DNA of 62,069 nucleotides, the filler included, from Choristocarpus tenellus KU-1152 (Eukaryota; Protista; Phaeophyceae): NCBI GenBank assembly GCA_964200185.2. It is 11 parts of 11 records of this genome, joined end to end, with 100 filler letters (N's around TTAATTAATTAA, not from the genome) between each part and the next. Parts side by side here need not be neighbours in the genome. Positions count along the whole stretch, not along the records: positions 35,226 to 39,053 come from CAXNAD020017697.1; positions 39,154 to 42,160 come from CAXNAD020022980.1; positions 42,261 to 48,928 come from CAXNAD020007608.1; positions 49,029 to 52,741 come from CAXNAD020018347.1; 7 more parts are not named here. One strand, 5' to 3'. Both the position numbers and the translations under genes were made by a program. This document shows, one piece after another, positions 37,167 to 50,086 of this stretch. The first letter of the stretch is position 1. Every line of letters starts with the position of its first letter. The notes beneath the pieces are model-generated. The model had not been told where the DNA came from and did not search any database. It worked only from the letters and a program-made list of their open reading frames with translations.

Positions 37167-40100
37167 CACAAAATTTGTGTTTGATTTTATTTTTTTGTGA
37201 TTGAGAGTTAATACTTGTATGAGCACAGATAACGTTAAGGATAACACTAGGTTATTCGACAGTCCTTAGTTAGGAAGTCTCTCTCCCATCTACTCACAAT
37301 TTTCGTTGTGACCATCGCATATCCTGCTAGCATCTCGAGCGCAGTTTGACTGTCTTTCCTGTCGTTCATACACAAGTACAGCATTCGCAATGTTAGAGTC
37401 ATTAGTATCACCTTTCCCCGTTGAACACGGGAAATGGGCGTGATCCATGTTTCCTGGTTGGGTGATACTTTATCATCAAGGCGCAAAGGAGAGGGAGGAC
37501 CGGCTTGAGTTGATCGAAAATTGTGCTGATTTCTCGAATGAAGGCAGGCGGGGACAAGCCTTAATCAACTCTATACGTCCAACCCTAAGTCCAGGAGCAA
37601 GAGTGAATGTACGACATCTTGCATGAATTTGCACACCAAACCACCGGTGTACAAATATTCTCAATCTCACCTCCTCTTCTTACCTGGCGTCCTCAACAAT
37701 GGCTATCTCCACCTGCTTCACGACCTCTTCTAAGTAAAGGGTTTGGTGCTAGCGAAAGGTCTCCGCAGCAGCCTTTGCTACAATCATATTCTCCTCCGCC
37801 TTGCAAGCCCTTTCGACCTTCTTTCGGGCTTCAGAGCCCTTGTACCCCAACCCTAACACCTTATTTCTCGTTTCCTTAAGCTACTCTGACTGACATAGCT
37901 TCCAAACAGTCAGGGCCTCCTGCAACTGTCGACTACTAAGATATTCTACACCCAGGTTTTCATTTAAGCGTTTCCTGAGCGCAACGGCACTGCTCTCTTC
38001 CCCAACCTTCCCTTCGGCCGGCCACACTGGTTCTCCCTTCACCTGCCATGACCAGGCTTCCCCACAGACTTCGTCCCTGTAACACCTTCTGATGGATTGA
38101 TGGCTCTCTTCCTGCTTTCCCGAGCGGCTGAGACTGCGAGCGGCTGAGACTGCGTAGCAGTGCTCCGCAGTGGTTGAAGATCCAACCACGTTTGTATGGT
38201 AATGCTTTCCATACAACTTCTCTCAGGGTCAGTGTTGTGGCCGTATGATACATTTCGCAATTTGATCATGCTGCTGCGCCACAGTACACGCACTTTCTCG
38301 TGACCTAACATTGCACTAAGTGTCACACGGTACTTGTTTTTCTGTCGCCTCTCGAAAAAAAAGGTGCTGGGTAGACCCAGAGGGCAGAGTGTTCTCAGCA
38401 GCTCTCCTTGTCTCACCATCGTGGTTCATGATGCTGTGTGGGTCACCCGTGTGTGTGCTCACAGCCTGTCTGTAAATTATGCTAAACGATGCGCGCAAAT
38501 CTTGCTCCTTTTTTTTGGTATTGCCACACACACCATACTTGGGCAGCGGCCTTGTGCCAAATAGGACAATAGTGAGGTGTACCTTATTTTGTGTATGAGA
38601 GATGTAACTAATGGGATAGTACCTCCGGATTATGAATGGGAATATGCATGGGTTTTCAATATGCATTCAACTACTTTGACATAACCGTTGACTCATGTAT
38701 GAGACACAAATAATAATAAAGTAGAAAATGAGAAGACACCCCACAAAGGTCACTCTTCTAATTTCAACCATGTAATTACGTTCAACAATGGGGAACCGTG
38801 TGAGGCTTCACACCTTCTTGTCTTCACTACTGATAAATAGCATTATTACCTCCCAAGGTAAATTGCACAGGCCTAACTCGCATTTTTTATTGCGGGGAGT
38901 TCAGCAAATCACTTCATTTTGGAGTCTTTTGAAGTTGTACCATGTTAAGCTGTCCTTGGCGATCTGTTGTCCCACACAACTAGTTATATTATTGTTTATT
39001 AACTTGTACCACAGTTAAGAAGAGAGTGAGATACCTTCACTAGGTGGGGCTCANNNNNNNNNNNNNNNNNNNNNNNNNNNNNNNNNNNNNNNNNNNNTTA
39101 ATTAATTAANNNNNNNNNNNNNNNNNNNNNNNNNNNNNNNNNNNNNNNNNNNNCTTCCTCTCGTTTTTGCACAAAGGGGCCACCGGGGGTGACTCCCCCC
39201 CCCCCCCCAGATACTTTGGGTCACATCATCTATTGATCTCATCTGCTGTGTTGATTTCGATCACGTACGTGTGCTATTGTTTTCACACATTGTAGTGTTG
39301 ATCAATATAATCGTGTAACTCCTGCTAAGCATTGTCAGATAATAAACACTAGACAACAACAGCTGTTGATATTGTAAAGTGTCTACTCCCCGTGTCCGCA
39401 TTCTTGAAGTATCTTCACAATTTACAAGTACAAGAGACCTATATATGCTGGCCTCATATACCACTCAACTCGTATTCAGTCTGACTGCATTGCTGGACTC
39501 ATCCCCTCAGACCTTGACCATGAACTTGATGATACGATGCTGACCACATCCCATCAACCCCACTCATACTTCGGCTGACTTGAAATGCTGATCTCACTCA
39601 GTCAGACCCCGTGAAACTTGTTTGGCATACTGACCGCATACCATCAACCTTTGGCTAATTATATCCTGATCAGATATTCAATATTATTCGTACAGTACAC
39701 TTCGTTTTGTATTGTTGAAGTAATGTAATTCAATGAGACAATATGATGCTCAACAGTCACACCTGTTTCCCATCCTGCCACCAGAACTCACCTTTTGGTT
39801 GGCCCCAAATCATGTTTGCACGACTTTGACGTCTAGCAGAAGGGGGGGTGATGTGGAAAGCAGTTTTTTTTAAATCATACCATTATTACCGTATGTCATG
39901 TGCCAGCATAGCGATTGAGGTTAAGTGAGACGGATCACCGAGATGTTTGACACCAAATGCCAGGACGATGTCACAGCTATGGGAAAATTATGGTGTCCGA
40001 AAGGATGCTGATGTTTTGTAAAGTACCGTGGATCCGGATGGGGTGAGATGAAGAGGCTGTGCCTCGATCATTACGCTCATGACGAGTATATTTTGTTCGT

Positions 40101-40559
40101 GGATAGTGCTGCTCAAACACTATAGACACCACTGGTGGGGCAGATTAGGATGGGGTAGAGCTAGTTATGTCTTTCTATATATTTCCAGTCTACTTCTACC
40201 ACGCTTCATGTATTGTAGGGACCTGCTATCAGATTATCCGTTCATTTATCTTATGTTACTTGTGATTTAGTGATAGCATTCCCTTTTGGTTATCATGTGG
40301 ACATTGCAAATCATACACGGTAGCCTACACCAGTCTCACCCCCTACTACTCCAGTCAATGCGATTGAGACCATAAGCCCCTTTGTAACACTAATATTATA
40401 TATTCACACCTAGCCATACATTGTCCTCTACCAAGGCACACGATTGACCATCTTAACAGTGGGTCCAGTGTGGAATGTTTCAACATATTTCTCGTGATAA
40501 GGAGAAGAGTGAAGTGCAACCCCACAGAGGAATCTTAAATCCTTGACTTGAGGGGTTGT

Positions 40560-41290
40560 GACTCAAAGTATGTGGGGGGGGAATCCACACCAGGGTGTCC
40601 ATTCGGGCCCTGACCAGGAAAAGTACACTTATACCATCCATCCGAGGTATGGAACCAAATCACCCAAAAAGCGCGACGTGGAAAAATGGGTCCTAATGTT
40701 ACCGGTGAATAGCGCGAGCATTTCTTCTCATGTTTTAGCAAGCACAAAGATTTGTGACATACATATAATGCGAGGATTGTTCCTCGCGTTCTAACAAGTG
40801 CGAACAATATACGACATTTATAACACATAGGTGGCCTTACAGAATAAGTGATGATTTCATAGAAGACACAGAGTAAGATTTGGAATGCATATGTAACATT
40901 ACAGAAGAAAATGTCAAAGTCCCTCTAAGAAGTTTCAGAATAAAGGTTTATGATTGGAGTACGTGTAGAGCAGTTGCATAGAAGACCAAAGAAACTGAGT
41001 GGATAATGAAAATAATAAGAGGGCTCTTGGTTAAACACCTAGACCCCTTTTACCTCCAGTCTTCTCTTTATCTAGAACGAAACTTTGAGTCGAGCTTTGA
41101 GCTAAGCACTGAGTGGAATATCAAGAGAGGAGGACACCTGACACCCTACAAACTGTTATCAAGGGCAACACCCCCATAGCGTCGTTTTAAGGTCGTTGGA
41201 TTTGAGTTGCATATCCTGTGGAGGAGAGTTCTGAGGGGCACGCTGTAACACTAAATGAACAGTTGCCACCCCCCCCAGATACTTTGAGTC
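40560..41290 (-). mobile_element. MITE family C, interrupted by a solo LTR
   Basis: TIRs GACTCAAAGTATGTGGGGGG / CCCCCCAGATACTTTGAGTC. Removing 40697-41254 restores a sequence colinear with 54707-54886. Confidence 0.8.
40697..41250 (+). mobile_element. Solo LTR (554 bp) with 4-bp TSD CTAA
   Basis: TGTTAC...GTAACA inverted termini, CTAA on both flanks, an internal AATAAA, and homology to 33689-34150. Confidence 0.88.
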
Positions 41291-43170
41291 TGTCAGTTTG
41301 CACAACACATGAACCATCGTCACGCCAGGCCAACAGTGTTGCGCGGATCATGCGAGACTCTTGCAAAAGGTTACTCAACACAGTCATAAGGGGTGCGGAA
41401 CATGGGTGTTACAAGATTTCTGATGGGGCACGATAACGCCATATTGTATTTGAGCGACAACTGTTCATCTCTCCCAATTCAGTACTGCTCTCAGTGCTGC
41501 CATCACACTATTGTCAGGACGACTGTGACAATGTGTATAAACTCGCTAAAAAAGTTATTTTTCGGTAATGGAGGGATGACATCTTATTATAGACATAGAG
41601 GTGTCAATATATTGTTGCAAGTTGTGTCCGCCTATCAGAGTGTATCAACTACCGTATGGAAGGCTTTTCCGTTTTGACCTACCCTATAGGGTTATTATGC
41701 TAGAGAGATTGCTACCATTTGACATGTCCAACAGGGCCTACTCTTCATTACAAGGATAACTCATTGATGACTACTCTCATTCGTCCTATGGGAGGGTATC
41801 ATTTTTAGAGAGGTACACATCGTCACTACTATTGTTTCTTAGTGATGCAATATAGATTATAGTAATAATTTGTGTTACTCCCACAGACATTTTGCAGGTG
41901 TCATCATGATGAAGGGAAGAAGAAAATCATAGATTAGACCATAGTAGCAATACAATCAACTGGTAGAACTAGGACCGGATGGATCTGGTAACAACCAGAT
42001 CCCTATAGTCATATATACACATGCATAACCCTAACCCTAACCCTAACCCCCCCCCAAAAAAAAGAAGATAATATAAGAAGCGAATATATATTACGTATAT
42101 TACGATCTGCTTATTAACAGCCAATTCTCAAAATTGAGGATGGAGCGGGACTATGAGGATNNNNNNNNNNNNNNNNNNNNNNNNNNNNNNNNNNNNNNNN
42201 NNNNTTAATTAATTAANNNNNNNNNNNNNNNNNNNNNNNNNNNNNNNNNNNNNNNNNNNNTTGAAATGTCCGTAAAAAAAAGGTTGTTTGACCGAAACGG
42301 ACGCCCCCTCACAAACCACTCCCCCACCCCCCAGACATTTGACCCAGCCGAGTACGCATTTCAAAGATTCAACCATGACACTAGCTTTCGCCAACTTTGG
42401 TCTCCACTTAGTGGTTTGCTTGTTGTTTGTTTGAAGGATTTGATTGCTTGATCTCTCACATGGGAAGACATTGGCACTTAGCCCACTTCTTGCAGGTGGT
42501 CCAGAAGCGCCATTCAGTTGAGCCAAATACATGCATACAGTAGTAGTGCCATTTTTCTCGGGCTGTACTTGGCTGATTCGAAGTCTGGTTTTTGACTTGA
42601 CATCAGGGAGGAAGCACTTCTCAATGAAACATACGTTAGCAATGTTCAACTTGTCAGTAAAAAATGTCTGATTTATATTTACGTTCTTGATGGCCTAGAA
42701 ATCTGGTAATTATTGCTAATAATAGGGCATCGATTTGACGGCGAAATTGCCCTTCAGCGTGTTAGAAGCAAACGTACTGCTAATAGATAGCAGTCAGAGG
42801 GGCCTCGACGAAATACTGAAAGACACTCCAATCTAAGTTAGGATCGCTTTTCTATCACTCCAATGGAATGAACGATGGCAATGAAGAAGAGGAACAAGGT
42901 TAAAAGTGTGCTTCTTGTTGTGACTACACTTCTTTTTGGCTGTCGATTCATATTGTTTTCTCTAGTGGACAGTATTGAAGATGCTGTTGTGTTATCCTCC
43001 TCCAATTGATGACTTTTCTGTCAACCCTGCAGGAGGATATTACTCCAGCCCGCAATAGTAGTAATACCTGTTCAAAATAGCACAGCAAGATATTCGAGTC
43101 AAGGCCGACTGGTTTCAAGGTTGATTGCAGCTCTTTCCAAAACAGCAGTAATTATGACGAGGAAGGCTCT

Positions 43171-43428
43171 GAGTCAAAGTATCTTAGAGGGTAGGACCGC
43201 GTCCATTTGGGGACCAAAATCTAAAGTTGTGATTTTGATGAAATTTTGACTGTTGTGTTTGTTTGGAAGTGTCAATATCCTTGTTCCAGACACACCTTTT
43301 CATAACATATACACTTTATCTACTCAGAAATATTCTTGAGTAGGAAAATGTCACAAGAAAAACATGGGAGGCTAAGCCCCAAATGGACAAACAGGGCAAA
43401 ACTCGTACCCTCTAAGATACTTTCACTC
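43171..43428 (+). mobile_element. MITE family B (Sola2-like), TSD CTCT
   Basis: Near-perfect 23-bp TIRs GAGTCAAAGTATCTTAGAGGGTA / TACCCTCTAAGATACTTTCACTC, with CTCT on both flanks. Confidence 0.9.
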
Positions 43429-43989
43429 CTCTATCAGATGGAGTTGACTGAGGGAATAAGGGCAAGAGTTCTTTGCAATGCAAAAGCCACAGCAAGGCAG
43501 AGAAATGCTCTCTATCCAGCTTACTTTGCTCAAGCTGAGAGAGGAGCGGAAATTTTGCCTTTGGCCGAAGCAGAAGAGTACCAAGGCTACCTGCTCGATA
43601 GAGCTCAATAACCCTCCATGTTGGTCTAGAGTAGTAGACTGCAATAGACATCAGGTAGGTTGCGACAGGACGGGGGATGGTATCTGAAGCCTAAGATACA
43701 ACTATCCACACGAGGAACAGGTTGACTTGTTCTAGGGGCATCTGTGACAACTAACGGTATCCTCAAGTAGATAAATGATGAGTTGTAGTGTCTGTACATG
43801 TTCGCCACTACTACTACTACTACTAAATAAGAATGGTCGGTGGTATCTTCTACAAGCATACAACATACACTTTTGTATTATTCTTATTCTTATTCGTAGT
43901 CAGTGATGAAAAAAATAGTAACAGTAGTAGTACAAGTAGAAGGGTGATACTCTTCGCTATGATTCACTCATCTACCCACTCTCTTCAGC

Positions 43990-44290
43990 AGAGCTCGTCA
44001 TTCATAATGGTGTTTAGGGAACTTGCAAGTGGAAAGCGGAGGAAGGGATGTGGTCAGGAAGGAGAAGCCCTGGTGGATGGATGTGTCTGCAGTGTCCAAT
44101 ACGACCTTGCGAAGTTCGAGATGATGGTGGTTCAAGTTCAAGGGGTGGAACAAGCACACGATGGGCAACAAATCAACACATACAGGTGGTATACATGTGC
44201 GAATGTAAGTATTTACATGTGGTTGATGGAGCAAAGAGCTTCATAGGCGAGTGATGTATGCCAGAGAAGACATCAACTGATGATGATGAT
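43990..44290 (+). mobile_element. RTE-clade LINE 3' coding fragment
   Basis: MVFRELASGKRRKGCGQ...VQYDLAKF...VVDGAKSFI resembles the RTE C-terminal FGEL..G.R..G...W.DC...DL..F region. Confidence 0.55.
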
Positions 44291-44624
44291 GTACATCACG
44301 CTAAATAAGCAGGCCAAGGAACATGCACACTCACTACGGCACTGATGTCGGTATTCATCGTTGGTGATCTCTTTTCTGTTCAGCTGATTTTTCTTGCACC
44401 CCTTCTATTTTTTTGTGTATCAATCATCTCGCCCTTTCTTTACGTCCTTCAAATGCTCCCTGCTTTTCAAGTAAAAGTTGCTGTTGCACTAAGAACGTAA
44501 CAGCAACTTCCTCCTCTTTTCATGCCTTTTTTCTCGTGTTTTGAGTTCCGCCATCCCACCGCATGTTGCTCCACGTACTCCGTCAGGTCTTCCTGTGCTG
44601 AACCTGCCTTCCAGTCTCACTCAG

Positions 44625-44887
44625 CATTAAGTCATAGTAAGCGAGAGGTACCCAGGGTTGCATTTTAGGACGCTAAAAATTATATGCAAATTTCGATATT
44701 TTGTACAAATGCGTGTAGGGAATTTTCAAAATTTTGTCAAAATTTTTCGAACAGTTGAGAAATCAACGGTCTTAAATCAATTTTTAGTACTTCAATAGAA
44801 ATATGGGTGAATAGGAGAAGATTTAAAAGGTGGCCTAAAATACAAAAAGGTCAAAACCTGGTAACTCTTGTTTACTTTGTCCCAATG
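44625..44887. mobile_element. MITE family A copy
   Basis: TIRs AGTAAGCGAGAGGTACCCAGG / CCTGGTAACTCTTGTTTACT. Internal AATGCGTGTAGG and ATAGAAATATGGGTGAAT are shared with the other copies. Confidence 0.65.
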
Positions 44888-46369
44888 GCCATGCCACCTC
44901 GTTTCAGGTTTCCTCTGTTAATAAGTAATAGTACTATTACAAATGTTCAATATATATATATATATTATTTTCTGTAGCATTTGTTGTGTGGACTTTGGAT
45001 AATCGAAACCAGAGAAGATTTGAACTCACACTATCATCAGTGCAGAGCACACTGCCCATTTTGAGAACTGAATCATGAGGTTCCAGTCCTATTATTGGGT
45101 GCTAAGGTAGTCCATATGGAGAGTGTGGATTTTCTTGTCTGTTGTCCTTCATACAGATACCTACATCTTTTCTCTCTTTTTCATTTTTGGGATTTTTTTT
45201 TGTACAGTTTGGTGTACTTGTTTACTCTTAAACACTGTTCTAGGTCTAAACGAGTACGTGGCACAATTTGTGTTGGATGGTACCCACATATACACTGTGT
45301 GAGTGTGACAGATTGTCATGTTCGCTAAAATGATTAATATACATTTTTAGAACAATCAAGCAACCATGATGACATGTATATCATAGTTGGTCGCTAAATA
45401 CAAAGTTGTTGAAGTATATACTGGAAGGATGAAGTCGTATTGTAGGAATAGGTGTCAATACGTCGTAGGACGTCGTGTTCACCTACCACGTTGCATCAAA
45501 TACTGTATGGGAGACCTTTCTCACCATTTTGACCTCCCCAAGAGTTGTGCTTGACGGATTGCAGGTAATGAAATGCCCAACAACCTCCTACTGTTCGCAA
45601 TGAATCCGATGGTAAATCACTCTCTCTAGTTCCTCCGGAGGGAGGATATCATTCTTAGTGAACGCACATCAACGCACATCTTGATGTTTGTTCTGAAAGG
45701 TGTTCACTATCACGTATGATCACTGGTAAATTTAAAGTGGCAGCTACCCGCATGAATTTAGCGTGTTTGAAAACCTTTGACGCCAGACTTCTTTTCTCCG
45801 AGATCTGGTTTCGATGACGTTGTTCCGTGTGGCAAACTCAATGGATTGTACGCCATTACTATCCTGTTTATGTTGTGACTATACCATAAAATCGTCCGAC
45901 CAAGATAAAGGTCGAAATATTGGAGTGGGTTCAGCAGGAGATTTGAGGGAGGAGATGGAGAGACAAGCGTTGGGAGTACTGAACCCAACATGCAAGAAGG
46001 CAGGAACAGAGTCTTACAATTAGTCGAAGTGCAACAGTTAGAGTCAGGAGAAGTCAGAATGATAAGTAGTGCAGTGTACTGCCATTAACCATGTGTCGGG
46101 ATGGGATTAATGGGATGCAAATAATAATATTATATCTCATACTAACTACACTACTGCCTTCGTTCCTGCCTTGCTTCTCATCTGCTGCATTCAGTGCTCC
46201 GACCCCTCGTCGCTGGTCTCCTCTCTCAAATCTTCTCCTGGAAGGACACCCCAAGGTTTCCACCTTGATCTTATTTTATTCCTTGAAAAGGATACCTTCA
46301 AGGAACACCTTGAAGTAAAGGTGGTATCAGAGCATCATTGAAAAACCAGATTTCCGTAGAATGAAGTCT

Positions 46370-46440
46370 GATGTGGAAGGGGTTTGAACCCTCCAAAGTC
46401 ATGGAGGTAACTGACACCTTAACCACTGAGGAACGAGGAC
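46370..46440 (-). other. tRNA-derived sequence (SINE head or tRNA pseudogene)
   Basis: Minus strand GTCCTCGTTCCTCAGTGGTTAAGG...GGAGGGTTCAAACCCCTTCC has A-box and B-box-like motifs and a T-arm, but no good acceptor or anticodon stem. Confidence 0.5.
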
Positions 46441-47056
46441 CCCACAAAAAAACACCTCATTTTCTAAAAAACAAAAGACGTTAACGGCTCTGTTCATTTT
46501 GTAAGTATCAATACAGATGTCAAAACCTTCCACCAAAGAAGAGTAAATAGGAGTACGAACTAAAACGTTGAACATTGCTCTAAGCCTGTAGAGTGTGGGC
46601 TATTTGGTCATCTCTTTGGACGAACCTGAGAACGTGCTAGCCGGGAAGTTCAATTCCGTTGGAGGTGAAAGCCACGTGTTACCGATGCAGTCAGTGGTTC
46701 CAATTTCTTGACCTTCCTAGCCCACCCTCACCCCCCCCCGTACTTATTTTCCCTATGGGATGGGCAATACGAGTGTGGGCTACTTCTTGTCTCTTTAGTT
46801 GGCAAACTGCGTTGTTTGACAGTAAGGAGGTGTAGAGGCTTTGTCAGTGTGGCAGAGAGGAGATATCTCTGTGCTAGGACGTAACTTGGACACCCTGAGT
46901 GTTGCAGACTGGCAACCCTCGAGTGTGTTACAGATCCCCCTCTTCTTCTTAACGCAGCCCCGTGCCTTGTTTTTCTCCTCCTCTTCTCATATGGTAAATC
47001 CCGTTCGCCCGCTTTCCCTGTTGCTGCTTGACGGCCTTCTGCTGTTGTGTTAGGAA

Positions 47057-47809
47057 ATGTCCGCGTCGATGGAAACCTGTCCAACCTGGGCGCCCCTGAT
47101 TGGATTTCTTGGGGTAACAGCTGCACTGGTCCTTGCAAGTAAGTACTAATCATCCAGCAAATGCTCATCTATCTTAACGATAGTCATGGCCTTCGATGTT
47201 CAGAACAAGTTCGTTTCACGTAGTCCTCTTCTCTTTTAATGCACTTTTCATCGTCTCCCCCCTCTCTAGTGTAAAATAACATAGTTCGCCCCCAAAGTGT
47301 TTCAGAACACCTCACCGCACTCGGCTTCACAGGTTCTGAAAGGCACATGAAGCAAAGCATATTTTCGTTTCAATTACGTATCTTGCAACAATTTTTTGTT
47401 TATCAAACCGATCTAAGGTTTGTAGTTATTTTTCAGGGGTAGGTCATCCGTTCTTCCTCTCACATTGAATGCTCTAACTCCACCCCAACATTTCTTGCTT
47501 TGCAGTGTCTGTATAATCCTCTTTATTCTCAAAGAGGGTGCCTTTGTTCATGAAGCTGGATGTCAACACTCATAAAACAATGGCAATCCACCCTCACTTT
47601 CTCTCCCCGTTCCATTGGTTCGCTTGGTGCATCTCCCAAATGTATACAAGACATGGGTGCTGCTTATGGCTCTGCCAAGGCAGGGATGGGTATTGGTTCA
47701 ATGGGTGTAATGCATCCCACTCTGGTGATGCGAAACATCATCCCAGTGGTTATGGCAGGCGTGCTCGGCATTTACGGTCTCATTGTATCTGTTATCCTTT
47801 TGGGATCAA
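47057..47809 (+). CDS. ATP6V0C: V-type H+-ATPase 16 kDa proteolipid subunit c (5' part)
   Basis: Exon 47057-47138 ([33 protein letters not shown] donor) and exon 47651-47809 ([59 protein letters not shown] donor). Phases match; the remainder is not seen before the contig end. Confidence 0.96.
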
Positions 47810-49036
47810 GTGAGTGTGCTTGAATGGTTTTATTCAATTGCAATGACTTGATATTGCCCCTTCCCTACCCCCATCTGACTCTGAACCATATAGATGAATA
47901 CATTGGGGTGTACTGTAGGAGGGATAGGTGAAAAACTGCTTTTGTAGCAGCACCACCGCGAGTGTTGCGCCGACCAATGAATGCCAAGTTGATCCGTTTT
48001 TTGAAAGGGGAAATGCAATTTATGACAATGGGAGTACATTTGCTCACCATGTCAGCAGTCCTGTATACAACAGTCCTTTGTGCCTTACACTAAAACTTAT
48101 TTAGTGCACTGTAGAGAGCCTACCGTCGTAACGCAGTAGCGTGGATGAACTCACTGTAAAGTCTGGGGGTGGGGGTGTTGTTGGTGGAGGTATTACAATC
48201 GTTTTTTGTCAGCATACGATTTTTTTTGCACAAAAAATGAAACGTATGTTACCCCCCATGTTCGTTCTGGAAACTGTGCCGAGGATGACTATCATTATTG
48301 GCGAATCACCGGGTTGTTTTACAGGAGGGATAGGAGGAGTGTTCATGGTAAAGGTACACTTCTAACTGAACCCTTGCCCTCGGTACCATGGTGTCACCAG
48401 CTTTACACACATGCCCCTTGCTGAAGTCCCTGCCAACCCACCCCACCTTACATCTTGGCCACGTTCCCACAGTCACCTCCCCTTCAAATGGGACCACTGT
48501 GTATTCATCATACACTGCCTTTGCTCACCTTGCAGCAGGCCTGGCATGCGGCATGAGGTAACGTGTTGTGATTTCAGGAGTCCTTTTATGTATATATTGG
48601 TGAATGAGGGTAATGGCGACACTCGAAGTGACTGCAAGGCGCACCAACATTTGCTTCCTATCTGCTCCGACTCCTTTTTTTTTCTCATTGTCGTCAGTGT
48701 CTTTTTTTTCAACATTAATTTCCTCTTCTTTTTTGTTGCATTGTGTAATATTATTAAAAAGGATGTCTCACCCCAAGTGTCTGTATATGAGTAAATATGA
48801 ATTCAGTGAGGAATTACATGTCTTTTTTCTTTACTCTGTCCAAAGTGTACGTCCATAACTGCAAACGGCCTGTGGTCAAGAAAATGTGATGTTGGCCTGG
48901 TCTGGGGGTGGATAAATGGGGGGGCATTNNNNNNNNNNNNNNNNNNNNNNNNNNNNNNNNNNNNNNNNNNNNTTAATTAATTAANNNNNNNNNNNNNNNN
49001 NNNNNNNNNNNNNNNNNNNNNNNNNNNNGGGGGGGT

Positions 49037-49072
<36 letters not shown>

Positions 49073-49989
49073 TGTGGGGGGGGGGGGGGGGAGAGCTTCG
49101 AGATGATCATGGTCGACCCCAGAGTCAGGGACAAGGAGGACAGGGGCATATCCATGGGTCTATCGCAGGGCAGGGGAAGGGGATGCTAGGCAGCAAGAAG
49201 TACATTGGTCTGGGCTGAGTGGGAGCAGCAATCATCCTTCTGTCTAGTGGAAGGATGATTGACTTGGGATTTGAGGTGGTTGTTTGAGACATTTGATATT
49301 CTGGGGTTTTGTTGTAGTTGGATGCTGTGTGTCTTGTGAATGAGGTCTGTTTTCTGGCGATGCTTTTGATGAGGGTACTGGGGTTATACATCTGTTTGGT
49401 ATCGAATTGCGTTGTTTTGTTTTAAAAATGAGGGCTCCATCTTTTTTCTCTGGCTGTGATACTTGCTGGGCATGGACTGGGACTGTTGATTGATGGGTGT
49501 GCTAAGTAAGAAATAAGAAGTGGTGCAGTAACTTGCTTTTAGTGTTTGCGGTATGCATCTGCTGTCTAAATGTTGATTAAAACGGTTTGTGATATATGCG
49601 TGTTGGTGTTTGTTTTGCAGTGTTAGTGCGATGATGGTGTGTTATTCTTGGATGAGGTACACAGTGGATGTTGAACCGGTCCATGACTTTTTCTAGTGCT
49701 GCTTTAGTGTGATTTATTAGTTACATATAGGGTATCGTGGGGGCCAACCAGAAGGTTTTATGGTGTTTCCCCCTCTCTTTTTCTGACATTTTAACTGTTT
49801 CTCTTGCGGTACTGCACGATGATCAAGTTCATGTAGAATGTATTTCATGTTAAATGGGTTTTTTTCATTTTTTCAGTTGTTGTCACTACCACCACCAAAC
49901 TTACAAGCTTCCCTTCGCAAATACGTTGTTGCTTCCTATGGTTGAAACTGTACGAAACATTTTACCAGAAATAGAAACCGACTTTGAAC

Positions 49990-50086
49990 TGAGACTTGTT
50001 GAGAGACAAATCGCTTTTCCATCCTCTCCAAGTGAGAACTGTTGAGAGACAAATCGTTTTTCCATCCTCTCCAAGTGAGAACTGTT
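49990..50086. repeat. Tandem duplication of about 45 bp
   Basis: TGTTGAGAGACAAATCG(C/T)TTTTCCATCCTCTCCAAGTGAGAAC present twice. Confidence 0.9.

Noticed and set aside
46370-46440. Functional tRNA gene
   Set aside because: Acceptor and anticodon stems do not pair. Kept only as tRNA-derived sequence.
46728-47168. 146-aa minus-strand ORF
   Set aside because: It lies antisense to the first coding exon and upstream region of the V-ATPase c gene and has no recognisable domain.
49029-49091. Long poly-G tract
   Set aside because: It sits at a contig start and may be a sequencing or assembly artefact.
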